DNA of 64,000 nucleotides from an uncultured Hellea sp. (GCA_964472905.1 CAYYMI010000001.1:9663-73662), one strand, 5' to 3'. Shown: positions 43,081 through 52,535, numbered from the stretch's first letter. A program made the numbers and translations. Notes: a model not told the origin generated them from the letters alone.

Positions 43081-44481
43081 TTGCCTCATAACCAAATTAA
43101 GTTTGTCTTCGCTATATTAGCTACGATGCTGATAACGATTGGTCATGCCTGTCCTGCCTTTGCCCAGTCGTTATTACGCGATACTGAAATTGAAGAGACG
43201 CTTAACGAATATACGGATCCAATATTGAGGGCTGCTGGTCTTAATCCGTCAAATGTAGATTTATATCTTGTCAATGATCCATCATTAAATGCTTTTGTCA
43301 CCCGCGGACAAAATATTTTTCTGCACAGCGGTCTTATTTTAGAGGCAGATACGCCTAACCAGCTCAAAGGCGTTATCGCGCATGAAGCCGGCCATATTGC
43401 AGGCGGTCACATTGTTCGCAGTGATTACGGCAATCGAAGTGCCTATGGCGCTATTTTAATCGCCGCGGGCATCGGACTTGCCGCGATACTTGCAGGTGAA
43501 GGTGAAGCCGGAGCCTTAGTATTAGGCGGTTCTCAACAATTTGGCGTTATCGAAGCCCTAGCTTATTCCCGCGTCAACGAGTCTGCAGCCGATCAATACG
43601 CCGCTCAATATATGGAGCGTACGGGACAATCAGGACAGGGGTTAATTGACTTTTTCGATAAATTTCGGGCGCAAGAAGTTCTGTCACAAGCTCGGCGTTT
43701 TCCATATTTTAGAGGTCACCCTCTCTCGTCAAACCGTATCGATGCCTTGAGAGAAAAAGTCGAGGAAAGTGCCTATACAACTATAGCCGATTCCGAAGAT
43801 CATCAGCACCGTCTTGATATGACAAAAGCTAAACTCAGGGGCTTCCTAGAAGGCCCTCAACTTGTTTTTTCAAAATACCCCCCCAGCGATACATCTAAAC
43901 CCGCACGATATGCGAGAGCTGTAGCTCACTTTAAAGCTGCCGATTTACGGAATGCGGTTCGCGAAATTGACAGCTTGATCGAGGAAGAGCCCAGCAATCC
44001 ATATTTCTATGAATTAAAAGCCCAAATTCTTTACGAAAGTGGACAAGGCAGCCAGTCTATTGAGCCCGCTAAACGTGCATTAGAACTCAAACCAGACTCG
44101 GCACTATTAAAATTAGCATTGGCTCAAGCTTTGCTAGAGTCAGAAGAGACACTCAACGTTCAAAAGTCCGTCGATCTTCTGAAATCGGGCTTACTAGAAG
44201 AACCTCAAAACAGCTTCATGTGGTACACATTATCCCGAGCTTATGGAGAATTAAACCAAGAAGCGCTGGCCAAATATGCAACAGCAGAACAAGCATATGC
44301 GATTGGGGATGTGCAACGTGCGCGCTCCTTTGCACAACGCGCCCAAAAAGACCTCCCGCGTAAAGAACCACAATGGAGACGCGCCTCAGACATCATTGTT
44401 ATCGCTGATGCAGAACTCGCAAAAAAACGAAGTAAAAGAACTCGGCGAAAACCCCTAACCTTTCAGGTCAATCAGCGATAA
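43081..44481 (+). CDS. M48 family metalloprotease with TPR repeats (BepA/YfgC-like)
   Basis: Signal peptide, NAF, HEAGH Zn motif, YSR--E--AD, HP----RI, TPR-like C-terminal half. Confidence 0.92.
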   Translation: MPHNQIKFVFAILATMLITIGHACPAFAQSLLRDTEIEETLNEYTDPILRAAGLNPSNVDLYLVNDPSLNAFVTRGQNIFLHSGLILEADTPNQLKGVIAHEAGHIAGGHIVRSDYGNRSAYGAILIAAGIGLAAILAGEGEAGALVLGGSQQFGVIEALAYSRVNESAADQYAAQYMERTGQSGQGLIDFFDKFRAQEVLSQARRFPYFRGHPLSSNRIDALREKVEESAYTTIADSEDHQHRLDMTKAKLRGFLEGPQLVFSKYPPSDTSKPARYARAVAHFKAADLRNAVREIDSLIEEEPSNPYFYELKAQILYESGQGSQSIEPAKRALELKPDSALLKLALAQALLESEETLNVQKSVDLLKSGLLEEPQNSFMWYTLSRAYGELNQEALAKYATAEQAYAIGDVQRARSFAQRAQKDLPRKEPQWRRASDIIVIADAELAKKRSKRTRRKPLTFQVNQR

Positions 44482-44493
44482 ATTATTGTTTCA

Positions 44494-44508
44494 TTAAACC
44501 GTAATTAA
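44494..44508. promoter_or_regulatory. Perfect CtrA consensus box upstream of the DsbA-like gene
   Basis: TTAA-ACCGTAA-TTAA = TTAA-N7-TTAA. Confidence 0.5.
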
Positions 44509-44588
44509 TACTTTATATTTGTTCTATATCTAGGCTTTCGCTAGTAAGCTAAAATATAGCGATTTAACATTTCCGAATGGAGACCCTC

Positions 44589-45317
44589 ATGAAATCATTT
44601 GCAGCAACGGCCCTCGCAGTTTCACTCATCGGTATTTCCGGTTGCGCACAGGCAGGGCAATCTTCTGGGCATGATATGAAGAAGGCAGATGTAGAGCAAA
44701 TCATCCAAGACTATTTGATGGCTAATCCTGAAATTTTAAGAGAAGCATTAGTTGAGCTAGAGAAAAAAGAAGATCGCGCCGCCTTAGCCTCTGTATCAGA
44801 TGCACTATTCAAAGATCCTCGTGATGTTTCAATTGGACCGAAAGACGCTAAAGTCACTGTCGTTGAATTTTTTGATTATAATTGTGGGTTCTGCAAAACC
44901 TCTTCAGACTGGCTAAAGGGTGTCATGGAAAAACATCCAAAGGATGTCCGCATTGTCTTTAAAGAACTTCCTATTCTTGACGGACGCACAAAGACATCTC
45001 GTAATGCCGCCAAAGCCGCCCTCGCAGCCGCGAGACAAGGAAAATACACAACGATACATTTTTCCTTGATGGCAGAACGCAGTCTCACTGAAGACCGCGT
45101 TTTTCAAATTGCCGAAAAAGCAGGGTTAGACATAGAAAAGCTGAAAAAAGACATGAAGGATCCTGAATTGGATCGTCAACTTCAAGACGGCCTTCTACTT
45201 GCTAATCGTATTCCCTCGCTAACGGGAACGCCATTCTTTGTTATTAATGACGATTTTATTGCAGGGGCTGATGCTAAAGCATTAGATGCCATGCTTGAAA
45301 AAGCTCTAAAAGGGTAA
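44589..45317 (+). CDS. DsbA-family thiol:disulfide oxidoreductase (Com1/ScsC-like)
   Basis: EFFDYNCGFCK active site, GTP cis-Pro loop, YL--NPEIL N-terminal helix; signal peptide/possible lipobox; GGAG before the ATG at 44589. Confidence 0.9.
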   Translation: MKSFAATALAVSLIGISGCAQAGQSSGHDMKKADVEQIIQDYLMANPEILREALVELEKKEDRAALASVSDALFKDPRDVSIGPKDAKVTVVEFFDYNCGFCKTSSDWLKGVMEKHPKDVRIVFKELPILDGRTKTSRNAAKAALAAARQGKYTTIHFSLMAERSLTEDRVFQIAEKAGLDIEKLKKDMKDPELDRQLQDGLLLANRIPSLTGTPFFVINDDFIAGADAKALDAMLEKALKG

Positions 45318-45321
45318 AACG

Positions 45322-45828
45322 CTATTCACCCGATAGTGATGCCAAATCTATAATCATAGGATCATGTCCAGTCGCTTTGGCAAATACAATCATATCTTTG
45401 CTTGATATCGCCGTTGTTGCGTCATTGAGCAAGGGATGAAAGTTGACTAACTCATGATCGGTCAGACGCTTATCAATTATCAATGTGACTTCACATTTAC
45501 TATCGTTTAAAATTGAAAAAAGCGTGACAGAACCGGGGGTTACACCCAATTTTTCAAGCAAAGCCTCGGGCTTCCCAAAAGACAATCGTTTACAGCCCAG
45601 GACTGGATGTAGCTTGTTAATTTTGATAGGTGTATCGCTTTGCGCGCAAATTAGAAAAAAGTCCCCTGCCTTGTCTTTCAGGAATAAATTCTTTGAATGT
45701 CCACCCGGCATTTTCGACTTAATCTCTGCGCTCTCTTCAACAGTAAAAACCGGTGCATGTTCATATGTTTCATGGGTAATTCCCAACTCATCAAGTTTCG
45801 AAAAAAGCTCTTCACGGGTCGCTGGCAT
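45322..45828 (-). CDS. Prolyl-tRNA editing protein (ProX/PrdX, YbaK superfamily)
   Basis: H-PVFTVEE, GGHSKNLFLKDK, RLSFG, LGVTPGSVT, FHPL-N. Confidence 0.9.
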   Translation of the reverse strand: MPATREELFSKLDELGITHETYEHAPVFTVEESAEIKSKMPGGHSKNLFLKDKAGDFFLICAQSDTPIKINKLHPVLGCKRLSFGKPEALLEKLGVTPGSVTLFSILNDSKCEVTLIIDKRLTDHELVNFHPLLNDATTAISSKDMIVFAKATGHDPMIIDLASLSGE

Positions 45829-45952
45829 ATATCCTCTTTATTGGGTCTATTTCTTTCAAGGAACTGCCTAATGAGTGCTTTAAATTTGTAAATAGATTTT
45901 TAAACCGAATCCCTTAAATTCAATTAGAAGTTTATTCTGATTCGGAACGAAA

Positions 45953-46129
45953 ATGTCTAAAGCTAAAAAAATACGGACTCTCAATTTAGATATCCAGCGC
46001 CTTGAGAAAGCCAAACAATCTAAACATGCCCGCCATATTGACATCGCAAACTTATTAGACGCCAAAGAAAAATTAAGAGCCTTGGAGCAAGAAGCCTCTC
46101 TTTCAATCAAGCACCTTAACTCCAAGTAA
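45953..46129 (+). CDS. Small basic helical hypothetical protein, 58 aa (below the ORF-track cutoff)
   Basis: ATG..TAA, MSKAKKIRTLNLDIQRLEKAKQSKHARHIDIANLLDAKEKLRALEQEASLSIKHLNSK; GGAA 6 nt upstream; fills an otherwise empty gap. Confidence 0.55.
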   Translation: MSKAKKIRTLNLDIQRLEKAKQSKHARHIDIANLLDAKEKLRALEQEASLSIKHLNSK

Positions 46130-46267
46130 TGATGGTTTATAGTCGTTGCTATTCAGCTGATTTAAAAATTCATAAAACCTAAAAATGACCTTGATAAAGC
46201 CATGCCTTTAGGTCATATAACGGCTCTTCTGCCAGGCCTGCTTCGCAGGCATACTACGCAAATATGA

Positions 46268-46342
46268 GCGGGCGTAGCTCAGTGGTAGAGCATCACCTTG
46301 CCAAGGTGAGGGTCGAGGGTTCGAATCTCTTCGCCCGCTCCA
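46268..46342 (+). tRNA. tRNA-Gly (anticodon GCC)
   Basis: Acceptor stem GCGGGCG/CGCCCGC, D-arm GCTCAGTGGTAGAGC, anticodon arm CACCTTGCCAAGGTG, T-loop GTTCGAAT, encoded CCA. Confidence 0.97.
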
Positions 46343-46373
46343 ATTATCAAGAACAATCAGGCTGTGAAACACA

Positions 46374-47753
46374 CTATCCTGCCAAGCGGGCCGCCTCTTC
46401 CTTGCGGTGGCTGCCGAGCTCTTCCGCGACTAAGAACGCAAGCTCCAAGGCTTGGTCGGCATTTAGGCGTGGGTCGCAATGGGTGTGGTAACGGGAGGAT
46501 AGGTCCTCTTCCCTCACCGCGCGGGCGGAGCCGCCGAGACATTCAGTGACGTTCTGTCCCGTCATTTCAAAATGCACGCCCCCCGGCCAGCAGCCTTCGC
46601 TGTGCAGGACTTGCATAAAGGTTTTGACCTCTGAGAGGATATTATCGACGGGGCGGGTTTTATATCCCGTAGCCGTTTTAATCGTATTGCCGTGCATCGG
46701 ATCGCACGACCAAACCACATGGCGGCCTGACTTTTTGACCGCGCGGGCGAGTATCGGTAAGCCCTTGGCGACTTTGTCATGACCATAGCGCGCAATGAGC
46801 GTGATCTTACCCGCTTCGTTCTCGGGGTTAAGCTTATCGATGAGCTTGAGCAGTTCATCGGACTCTAGCCCTTCGCCGATTTTCATCGCGACTGGGTTTT
46901 CAATGCCGCGCATAAATTCAACATGGGCGTGGTCAAGCTGGCGCGTGCGATTGCCAATCCAGAGCATATGGGCCGAGGTATCATACCAGCGCCCAGAAGT
47001 GCTATCGATACGTGTCATGGCTTCTTCATAGCCGAGCAGCAAGCCTTCATGGCTTGTGTAATATTCGGTCGAGGCCATTTGCGGCGTGGTTTCTGGCGTC
47101 ACGCCGCAAGCTTCCATGAAGTCCATGGCGTCAGATATTTTCTCGCAGAGCGCTTTATATTTTTCCGTCTGCTCAGATTTATCTGTAAAGCCTAATGTCC
47201 ATTTATGGATATTGCGCAGGTTCGCGTAACCACCCGTTGAAAAGGCGCGCAGTAAGTTCAAAGTCGAGGCGGATTGGCCGTAAGCTTGTAATAAGCGTTT
47301 GGGGTTTGGCGTGCGGCTTTTTTCGTCAAAGGCCATGGCGTTGATATTATCGCCGCGATAGCTCGGCAGTGTAATGCCATCGCGCACTTCAACGGGGGAG
47401 CTACGCGGTTTGCCAAATTGTCCGGCGATGCGGCCAACTTTGACGACGGGCTGTCCCGCGCCGTAGGTTAGCACCACGGCCATTTGCATCATTACGCGGA
47501 ACATATCGCGCAGATTATCAGGGTGGAACTCCTTGAAGCTCTCGGCGCAATCCCCGCCTTGGAGGAGAAATGCCTTGCCCTCGGATACCTTGGCCAATCT
47601 GGCTTTAAGACGCCTCGCCTCACCTGCAAAAACAAGCGGTGGATAGCCTTTAAGTGTTTTTTCAACCTCGGCCAACTTATCAAAATCTGGATAGTCTTCG
47701 GGTATGTGTTTGGCGGGTTTTGCACGCCAGCTTGAAGGTGTCCATTTGGTCAT
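46374..47753 (-). CDS. Class II 3-deoxy-7-phosphoheptulonate (DAHP) synthase
   Basis: PPLVFAGE, LLQGGDCAESF, GRIAGQFGKPRS, CDPMHGNT, HCDPRLN. Confidence 0.96.
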   Translation of the reverse strand: MTKWTPSSWRAKPAKHIPEDYPDFDKLAEVEKTLKGYPPLVFAGEARRLKARLAKVSEGKAFLLQGGDCAESFKEFHPDNLRDMFRVMMQMAVVLTYGAGQPVVKVGRIAGQFGKPRSSPVEVRDGITLPSYRGDNINAMAFDEKSRTPNPKRLLQAYGQSASTLNLLRAFSTGGYANLRNIHKWTLGFTDKSEQTEKYKALCEKISDAMDFMEACGVTPETTPQMASTEYYTSHEGLLLGYEEAMTRIDSTSGRWYDTSAHMLWIGNRTRQLDHAHVEFMRGIENPVAMKIGEGLESDELLKLIDKLNPENEAGKITLIARYGHDKVAKGLPILARAVKKSGRHVVWSCDPMHGNTIKTATGYKTRPVDNILSEVKTFMQVLHSEGCWPGGVHFEMTGQNVTECLGGSARAVREEDLSSRYHTHCDPRLNADQALELAFLVAEELGSHRKEEAARLAG

Positions 47754-47858
47754 GGTCTTGTCCGTAAAGTCAAATTTGCTTTTTAAGGGGCGGGTCTTAG
47801 CAAAATAATTCGCGCCTGCCTAGCTCGCTCTTTGTTTTACTTACTCTTTTTACGGGGG

Positions 47859-49217
47859 CTAGCTTTTGGCTTTCAGGGTGACAATCTCTTCGGCGAGTGT
47901 CGGATGAACGGCGCACGTGCGGTCGAAATCAGCCTTGGTCAGCCCTGCTTTAACGCAAATGCCGAGGGCCTGAATAATTTCGGGGCTATCATCGCCGACA
48001 ATATGGATACCAATAACGCGCTCTTTTGGCCCTTGTGTAATCAGTTTCATGAAGCAGCGCTCTTCCTTCTCGGCCAGTGCGTTTTTCATCGGCCTGAAGG
48101 ATGTTGTATAGACTGTGATTTTATTGCCGTGGGCGGCGCGGGCTTCTTCTTCGTTCAAGCCGACAACACCAATCGGCGGGCGCGTAAAGACGGCGCTGGC
48201 GATATCATTGTGGTCATAGGCCGTTGGGGTGTCGTTATAAATCGTATCAACAAAGGCTACGCCTTCCCTGATGGCGACCGGAGTTAAATTTATACGGTCA
48301 GTCACGTCACCCACAGCATAGATATTTTTGACATTGGATTTTGAGAACTCATCAACAATGACCGCGCCGTTTTTATCCACCTCTACGCCTGCATTTTCGA
48401 GGCCTAGGCCCACCGTATGGGCTTTGCGGCCTGTCGCCATAAAGACGAGGTCTGTGCCGATTTTGGTGCCGTCATCAAAGCTAACGATATAGCCGCCTTT
48501 GGTTTGTTTTATCTCGGTTGGGGAGAGGCCGAAACGCGTATCAACACCGATGATTTTTTGATGCACACCTGCCATCTCGCGCACATCTGCATCAAAGCCT
48601 CTCAGCAAAGCGTCACCACGATAAGCCTGTACCGTTTTAACGCCCATACCCGCAAAGATGCCCGCAAATTCACAGGCGATATAGCCCCCGCCAATGATGA
48701 GAATACTTTCCGGTAATTTATCGAGCAGAAAAGCATCATCCGACATAATGGCATGCTTGGCGCCTTTAATCTCCGGTATCCATGGGCGGCCGCCAACGGC
48801 TATGAGTATGGCCTTGGCTGTCACCTCTTTGCCGCTTGTGGTCAAGCGCACTGTATGCTCATCGACAAATTCCGCACGTTCAGAAAACAGCGTCGCGCCA
48901 TTCTTCTCTAAGATATTAGCATAAATACCTGAGAGGCGGTTCACTTCGGTTTGGATCGAATCGCGCAAGGACGCCCAGTCAAAGCTCACATCGCCGACGG
49001 ACCAGCCATATTTTTGCGCCGACTTAATTGCGCCGCCAAATTCAGCGCCGTAAACGAGATATTTTTTTGGCACGCAACCGCGCACCACGCAGGTGCCCCC
49101 CGGCTTGCTTTCTTCGGCAACGCCGACTTTTTTGCCAAGCTGCGCCGCTAGTCTCGCAGACCGAACACCGCCAGAACCTGCGCCAATGACAAATAAATCA
49201 AAATCATATTTAGCCAT
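47859..49217 (-). CDS. gor: Glutathione-disulfide reductase
   Basis: GAGSGGV, GGTCVVRGCVPKK, GGGYIA-EFA, HPT--EE. Confidence 0.94.
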   Translation of the reverse strand: MAKYDFDLFVIGAGSGGVRSARLAAQLGKKVGVAEESKPGGTCVVRGCVPKKYLVYGAEFGGAIKSAQKYGWSVGDVSFDWASLRDSIQTEVNRLSGIYANILEKNGATLFSERAEFVDEHTVRLTTSGKEVTAKAILIAVGGRPWIPEIKGAKHAIMSDDAFLLDKLPESILIIGGGYIACEFAGIFAGMGVKTVQAYRGDALLRGFDADVREMAGVHQKIIGVDTRFGLSPTEIKQTKGGYIVSFDDGTKIGTDLVFMATGRKAHTVGLGLENAGVEVDKNGAVIVDEFSKSNVKNIYAVGDVTDRINLTPVAIREGVAFVDTIYNDTPTAYDHNDIASAVFTRPPIGVVGLNEEEARAAHGNKITVYTTSFRPMKNALAEKEERCFMKLITQGPKERVIGIHIVGDDSPEIIQALGICVKAGLTKADFDRTCAVHPTLAEEIVTLKAKS

Positions 49218-49219
49218 AG

Positions 49220-49924
49220 TTATTCTCTCGCCAGCTCCATAACCTTCGCATGATCAGCTTCACCAATAATAATCACATCTGCAAGGTCAATGAAAATACC
49301 GTGTTCCATGACACCAGGAATTTTATCTAGTAAATGCGCCGTATCAACGGGTTTAGGGATTTTCTTACAACGGCTATCCAAGATATAATTACCACCATCC
49401 GTGATGAGCGGGCCGTTACCGTCCTTGGCTTGACGCAAAACGGTTTGGGCATCTTTACATCCGCTAGCGGTCAAAGCTTCGTGGATATGCTCAGCCGTTA
49501 CGGCCATACCAAACGGATCAACCTCTATCGGCAATGGGAACGCGCCCAGCGTATCGACCATTTTACTCTGATCAACAATGACAACCATGCGGCTGGAGGC
49601 ATGGGCGATGATTTTTTCACGTAGCAAACAGGCTCCGCCGCCTTTAATGAGGCTAAATTGAGGGTCAACTTCATCCGCTCCGTCTATTGTGAGATCAATA
49701 CCATCAACTTTATCGGGTTCAATCAGCGGAACGCCGTTTTCAAGAGCAACTTCTGCGGTTCGCTTCGATGTCGGAATACCTTGCACCTTAAGCCCGCCTG
49801 CAATGCGCTCTCCTAATCGTTCGAGGAATATCTCTGCGGTAGACCCAGAGCCTAGCCCAAGCGTCATCCCGCTTTCAACAAAGTCCAGCGCGGCCATGGC
49901 AGCATTTTCTTTGGCGATTGTCAT
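49220..49924 (-). CDS. rpiA: Ribose-5-phosphate isomerase A
   Basis: GLGSGST, DGADE, IKGGGACLLREK. Confidence 0.96.
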   Translation of the reverse strand: MTIAKENAAMAALDFVESGMTLGLGSGSTAEIFLERLGERIAGGLKVQGIPTSKRTAEVALENGVPLIEPDKVDGIDLTIDGADEVDPQFSLIKGGGACLLREKIIAHASSRMVVIVDQSKMVDTLGAFPLPIEVDPFGMAVTAEHIHEALTASGCKDAQTVLRQAKDGNGPLITDGGNYILDSRCKKIPKPVDTAHLLDKIPGVMEHGIFIDLADVIIIGEADHAKVMELARE

Positions 49925-51267
49925 TTTTTCTTCGCTTTTCGTTTCTTTTGAGCCGCATTATAGCGTTTGGCCCAGCCCTTTTTATTGACTTGATCCGCGC
50001 GCGCAACCGCGAGAGCATCTGCGGGCACATCTTTCGTAATCACGCCGCCGCTGCCTAGATATGCGCCTTTGCCAATTTTTACTGGCGCAACCAACGAACT
50101 ATTTGTCCCAACAAAAGCTCCATCGCCAATTTGCGTAAGATGTTTGAAGTAACCATCATAATTACATGTAATCGTACCAGCACCAATATTCGCGCCAACG
50201 CCAATTTTCGCATCACCTATGTAGGACAAGTGATTGATTTTACTACCTTTACCTATTTTTGCTTTTTTTGTCTCAACAAAATTACCTGCCTTACTGCCAG
50301 CCCCCATCTCTGTGCCCGGCCTTAGCCTTGCGAAAGGCCCTATTTGTGCGCCCTCACCGATTTTTGTGCCTTCTATATGGCAGAATGGATGTATGATGGC
50401 ATGTTTGGCGACTTTCACGCCCGGACCAAAAACAACATTGGCGCCAATTTCCGCGTCTTGCGCAATCTTGGTGTCATATGAAAAGTAAATCGTGTCAGGG
50501 TCTCTCAGCGTAACCCCTTTCTTAAGCATGGCTTGGCGCATGCTAACTTGAAAGGACATCTCCGCAATCGCGAGGTCAAGCCGAGAGTTGACCCCCATAA
50601 CCTCGTCCGTATCGGCGATTATGGCTTTGGCTTTCTTTTTGTTTGACCGCAATATCTCGACAATATCTGTCAGGTAATATTCCCCTTTCAGATTATTGTT
50701 ATCGACACGGTCCAAGGCCCAAAACATATTCTTCACAGAGGCCGCAACAACGCCGCTATTACATAACCTTACAGCTAACTCTTCTGGACTGGCTTCCCGA
50801 GCTTCGACAATGGCTGTTAATTCTCCCTTATGGGTAATGAGCCGTCCATAAGAGCCCGGATCATCAGGCTCAAAGCCTAGAACCGTAACATCACTCCCCG
50901 TTTCTAAACTTTTATAGACGCGATTAAGGGTACGTTTGGTTACAAATGGCGTATCCGCATAAAGGACGGCTAAATTGCCTTTAAACCCCTTCAAAGCTTT
51001 CTTTGCGGATGAAACAGCATGGGCAGTTCCTAATTGCGGCTCTTGAACAGCTATATCTAACCCTAGAGCCTCCGCAGCTGCCCTCACATCTTTATTAGCT
51101 TCGCCAACAACACAGACTATCTTCTCTGCTCCGGCTGATCTGGCCAATTCGGCAACCCATTCAAGCATAGACCGACCTCCAACATGATGGAGAACCTTTG
51201 ACCGCGTTGACTTCATACGCGTACTTTTGCCAGCAGCAAGGATTACAGCAGCCCGAGGCATCGTCAT
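49921..51267 (-). CDS. glmU: Bifunctional UDP-GlcNAc pyrophosphorylase/glucosamine-1-P acetyltransferase
   Basis: LAAGKSTRMKS, EYYLTD, GPFARLRPG, HLSYIGD, TCNYDG. Confidence 0.96.
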   Translation of the reverse strand: MTMPRAAVILAAGKSTRMKSTRSKVLHHVGGRSMLEWVAELARSAGAEKIVCVVGEANKDVRAAAEALGLDIAVQEPQLGTAHAVSSAKKALKGFKGNLAVLYADTPFVTKRTLNRVYKSLETGSDVTVLGFEPDDPGSYGRLITHKGELTAIVEAREASPEELAVRLCNSGVVAASVKNMFWALDRVDNNNLKGEYYLTDIVEILRSNKKKAKAIIADTDEVMGVNSRLDLAIAEMSFQVSMRQAMLKKGVTLRDPDTIYFSYDTKIAQDAEIGANVVFGPGVKVAKHAIIHPFCHIEGTKIGEGAQIGPFARLRPGTEMGAGSKAGNFVETKKAKIGKGSKINHLSYIGDAKIGVGANIGAGTITCNYDGYFKHLTQIGDGAFVGTNSSLVAPVKIGKGAYLGSGGVITKDVPADALAVARADQVNKKGWAKRYNAAQKKRKAKKK

Positions 51268-51355
51268 TGTATAGTCTCCATCGATTCGGCGTTATTGACT
51301 TGTTAGGCTCATAACGGATGATACAGCTCAACGCACGATTCTATTTGGCTTAATC

Positions 51356-52030
51356 ATGACTAATTTTAGGACATTGTCGGTTTGTTTCGACCTTGACGGC
51401 ACATTGATAGATACCGCGCCCGATCTGGTGAGAGTATTAGACTTAGTCATTGCAGAAGAAGGCCTGAATAAAACAGAGTTTTCTGAGGCTCGAAAGGCTG
51501 TAGGTTACGGCTCAAGAGCCCTCATAAAAGGGGCGTTCGCGCGCGCAAACCATGAAGTCTCACAAGGCAGAGAGGATGAGCTCCAAAGATTATTCCTAAA
51601 ACTCTACGCAGATGACATATGTGATCTCAGTCGACCCTTCCCTGGGGTTGTTGACACCCTAAAAGTTTTGAAAAATAACGGAGCAGAATTGTCAATTTGC
51701 ACAAATAAACCAGGCTATCTTGCGCGCCCATTAATTGACGCCCTTGGATTAACATCTTTATTTGTAAGAATTGTAGGAAGCGATGATTTAGAAAGGAACA
51801 AACCTTTCGCCGATCATATTTATGCCTCAGCAGGACACCGCGGTGAAAAGCGGCACATAATAATGGTTGGAGATAGCCGTCCTGATGTTTTAGCGGCTAG
51901 AAATGCTAAAGTCCCATCAATTGTGATGAGTTATGGGTATTCAACTATACCCGTTATAAAATTAGGGGCCGACTGTATCTTACGAAATTTTCGCGAAATA
52001 CCGTCAGCCCTAAAGCGGTTAAGCCATTAG
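51356..52030 (+). CDS. gph: HAD-family phosphatase (phosphoglycolate phosphatase)
   Basis: FDLDGTLIDT, CTNKP, KP, MVGDS--D; divergent from glmU as in related alphaproteobacteria. Confidence 0.85.
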   Translation: MTNFRTLSVCFDLDGTLIDTAPDLVRVLDLVIAEEGLNKTEFSEARKAVGYGSRALIKGAFARANHEVSQGREDELQRLFLKLYADDICDLSRPFPGVVDTLKVLKNNGAELSICTNKPGYLARPLIDALGLTSLFVRIVGSDDLERNKPFADHIYASAGHRGEKRHIIMVGDSRPDVLAARNAKVPSIVMSYGYSTIPVIKLGADCILRNFREIPSALKRLSH

Positions 52031-52033
52031 GCT

Positions 52034-52234
52034 TTACGCAAAATTTTCAGTCGATCGGGTTGGAACACCATTTATAAGGTTAGACCTTACATCTGTTCGT
52101 GCAGACCTCATGGACGCTAGAAAACCACCTTGGATCAGGTTAACGCGCACATCGTGACCGCGCTCTGCCCAATAGGCCTCAATTTGTTCCTTAAGACGCT
52201 CAGCGCCTTCCCGTGTGCAATAATCGCCTTTCAT
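52034..52234 (-). CDS. Small 66-aa protein of unknown function
   Basis: MKGDYCTREGAERLKEQIEAYWAERG...MRSARTDVRSNLINGVP; GAGG RBS; sigma70-like promoter upstream. Confidence 0.8.
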   Translation of the reverse strand: MKGDYCTREGAERLKEQIEAYWAERGHDVRVNLIQGGFLASMRSARTDVRSNLINGVPTRSTENFA

Positions 52235-52309
52235 AGCAATCCTCATAATAATGCGGCGGAACCGTCCCTGATGCCGACGCGGTGAATAAAAGTCTCCACC
52301 CGTGTCTAA

Positions 52310-52338
52310 AATCTAGGGATTAGGAATATAGAATTCAA
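52310..52338 (-). promoter_or_regulatory. Sigma70-like promoter for the 66-aa gene
   Basis: Minus strand TTGAAT - 17 nt - TAGATT. Confidence 0.5.
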
Positions 52339-52346
52339 GAAATTTC

Positions 52347-52361
52347 ATTCGTTTTTCGAAT
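52347..52361. promoter_or_regulatory. Palindromic operator-like site 1 (ATTCG-N5-CGAAT)
   Basis: ATTCGTTTTTCGAAT; a near-identical inverted copy lies at 52521-52535. Confidence 0.65.
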
Positions 52362-52520
52362 AACATTTTTGTAATGCAACGATTAGGCGATCTTTCAGCT
52401 TTTGTTCATGAAACTTCCAATATAAAGCTAATTACGTGAAATTATTGTAATAAAATAGACAATTCGCTACTTTTCTTCTTTTAATAGCACCTAATTAGAG
52501 ATACTTGATTCGTAAGAATT

Positions 52521-52535
52521 ATTTGAAAAACGAAT
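52521..52535. promoter_or_regulatory. Palindromic operator-like site 2 (ATTTG-N5-CGAAT), 14 nt before the XRE start codon
   Basis: 52519-52535 is the reverse complement of 52347-52363 at 16 of 17 positions. Confidence 0.65.

Noticed and set aside
45880-46125. 81-aa minus-strand ORF
   Set aside because: Antisense to the 58-aa plus-strand ORF, which has a better start context and more protein-like composition
46268-46400. tRNA-Gly as an integration site of an island
   Set aside because: Housekeeping genes follow within 31 nt, there is no adjacent integrase, and I saw no duplicated tRNA 3' end in the window
46264-46549. ORFs 46264-46491, 46357-46542 and 46364-46549
   Set aside because: They overlap the tRNA and/or the DAHP synthase gene; shadow frames
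47832-48287. 151-aa plus-strand ORF
   Set aside because: Antisense to gor; long antisense frames are common opposite GC-richer dehydrogenase genes
52034-52234. Naming the 66-aa protein after a known Caulobacter small protein (NstA, DidA, HfiA)
   Set aside because: Only the size is similar; I cannot verify homology without a search
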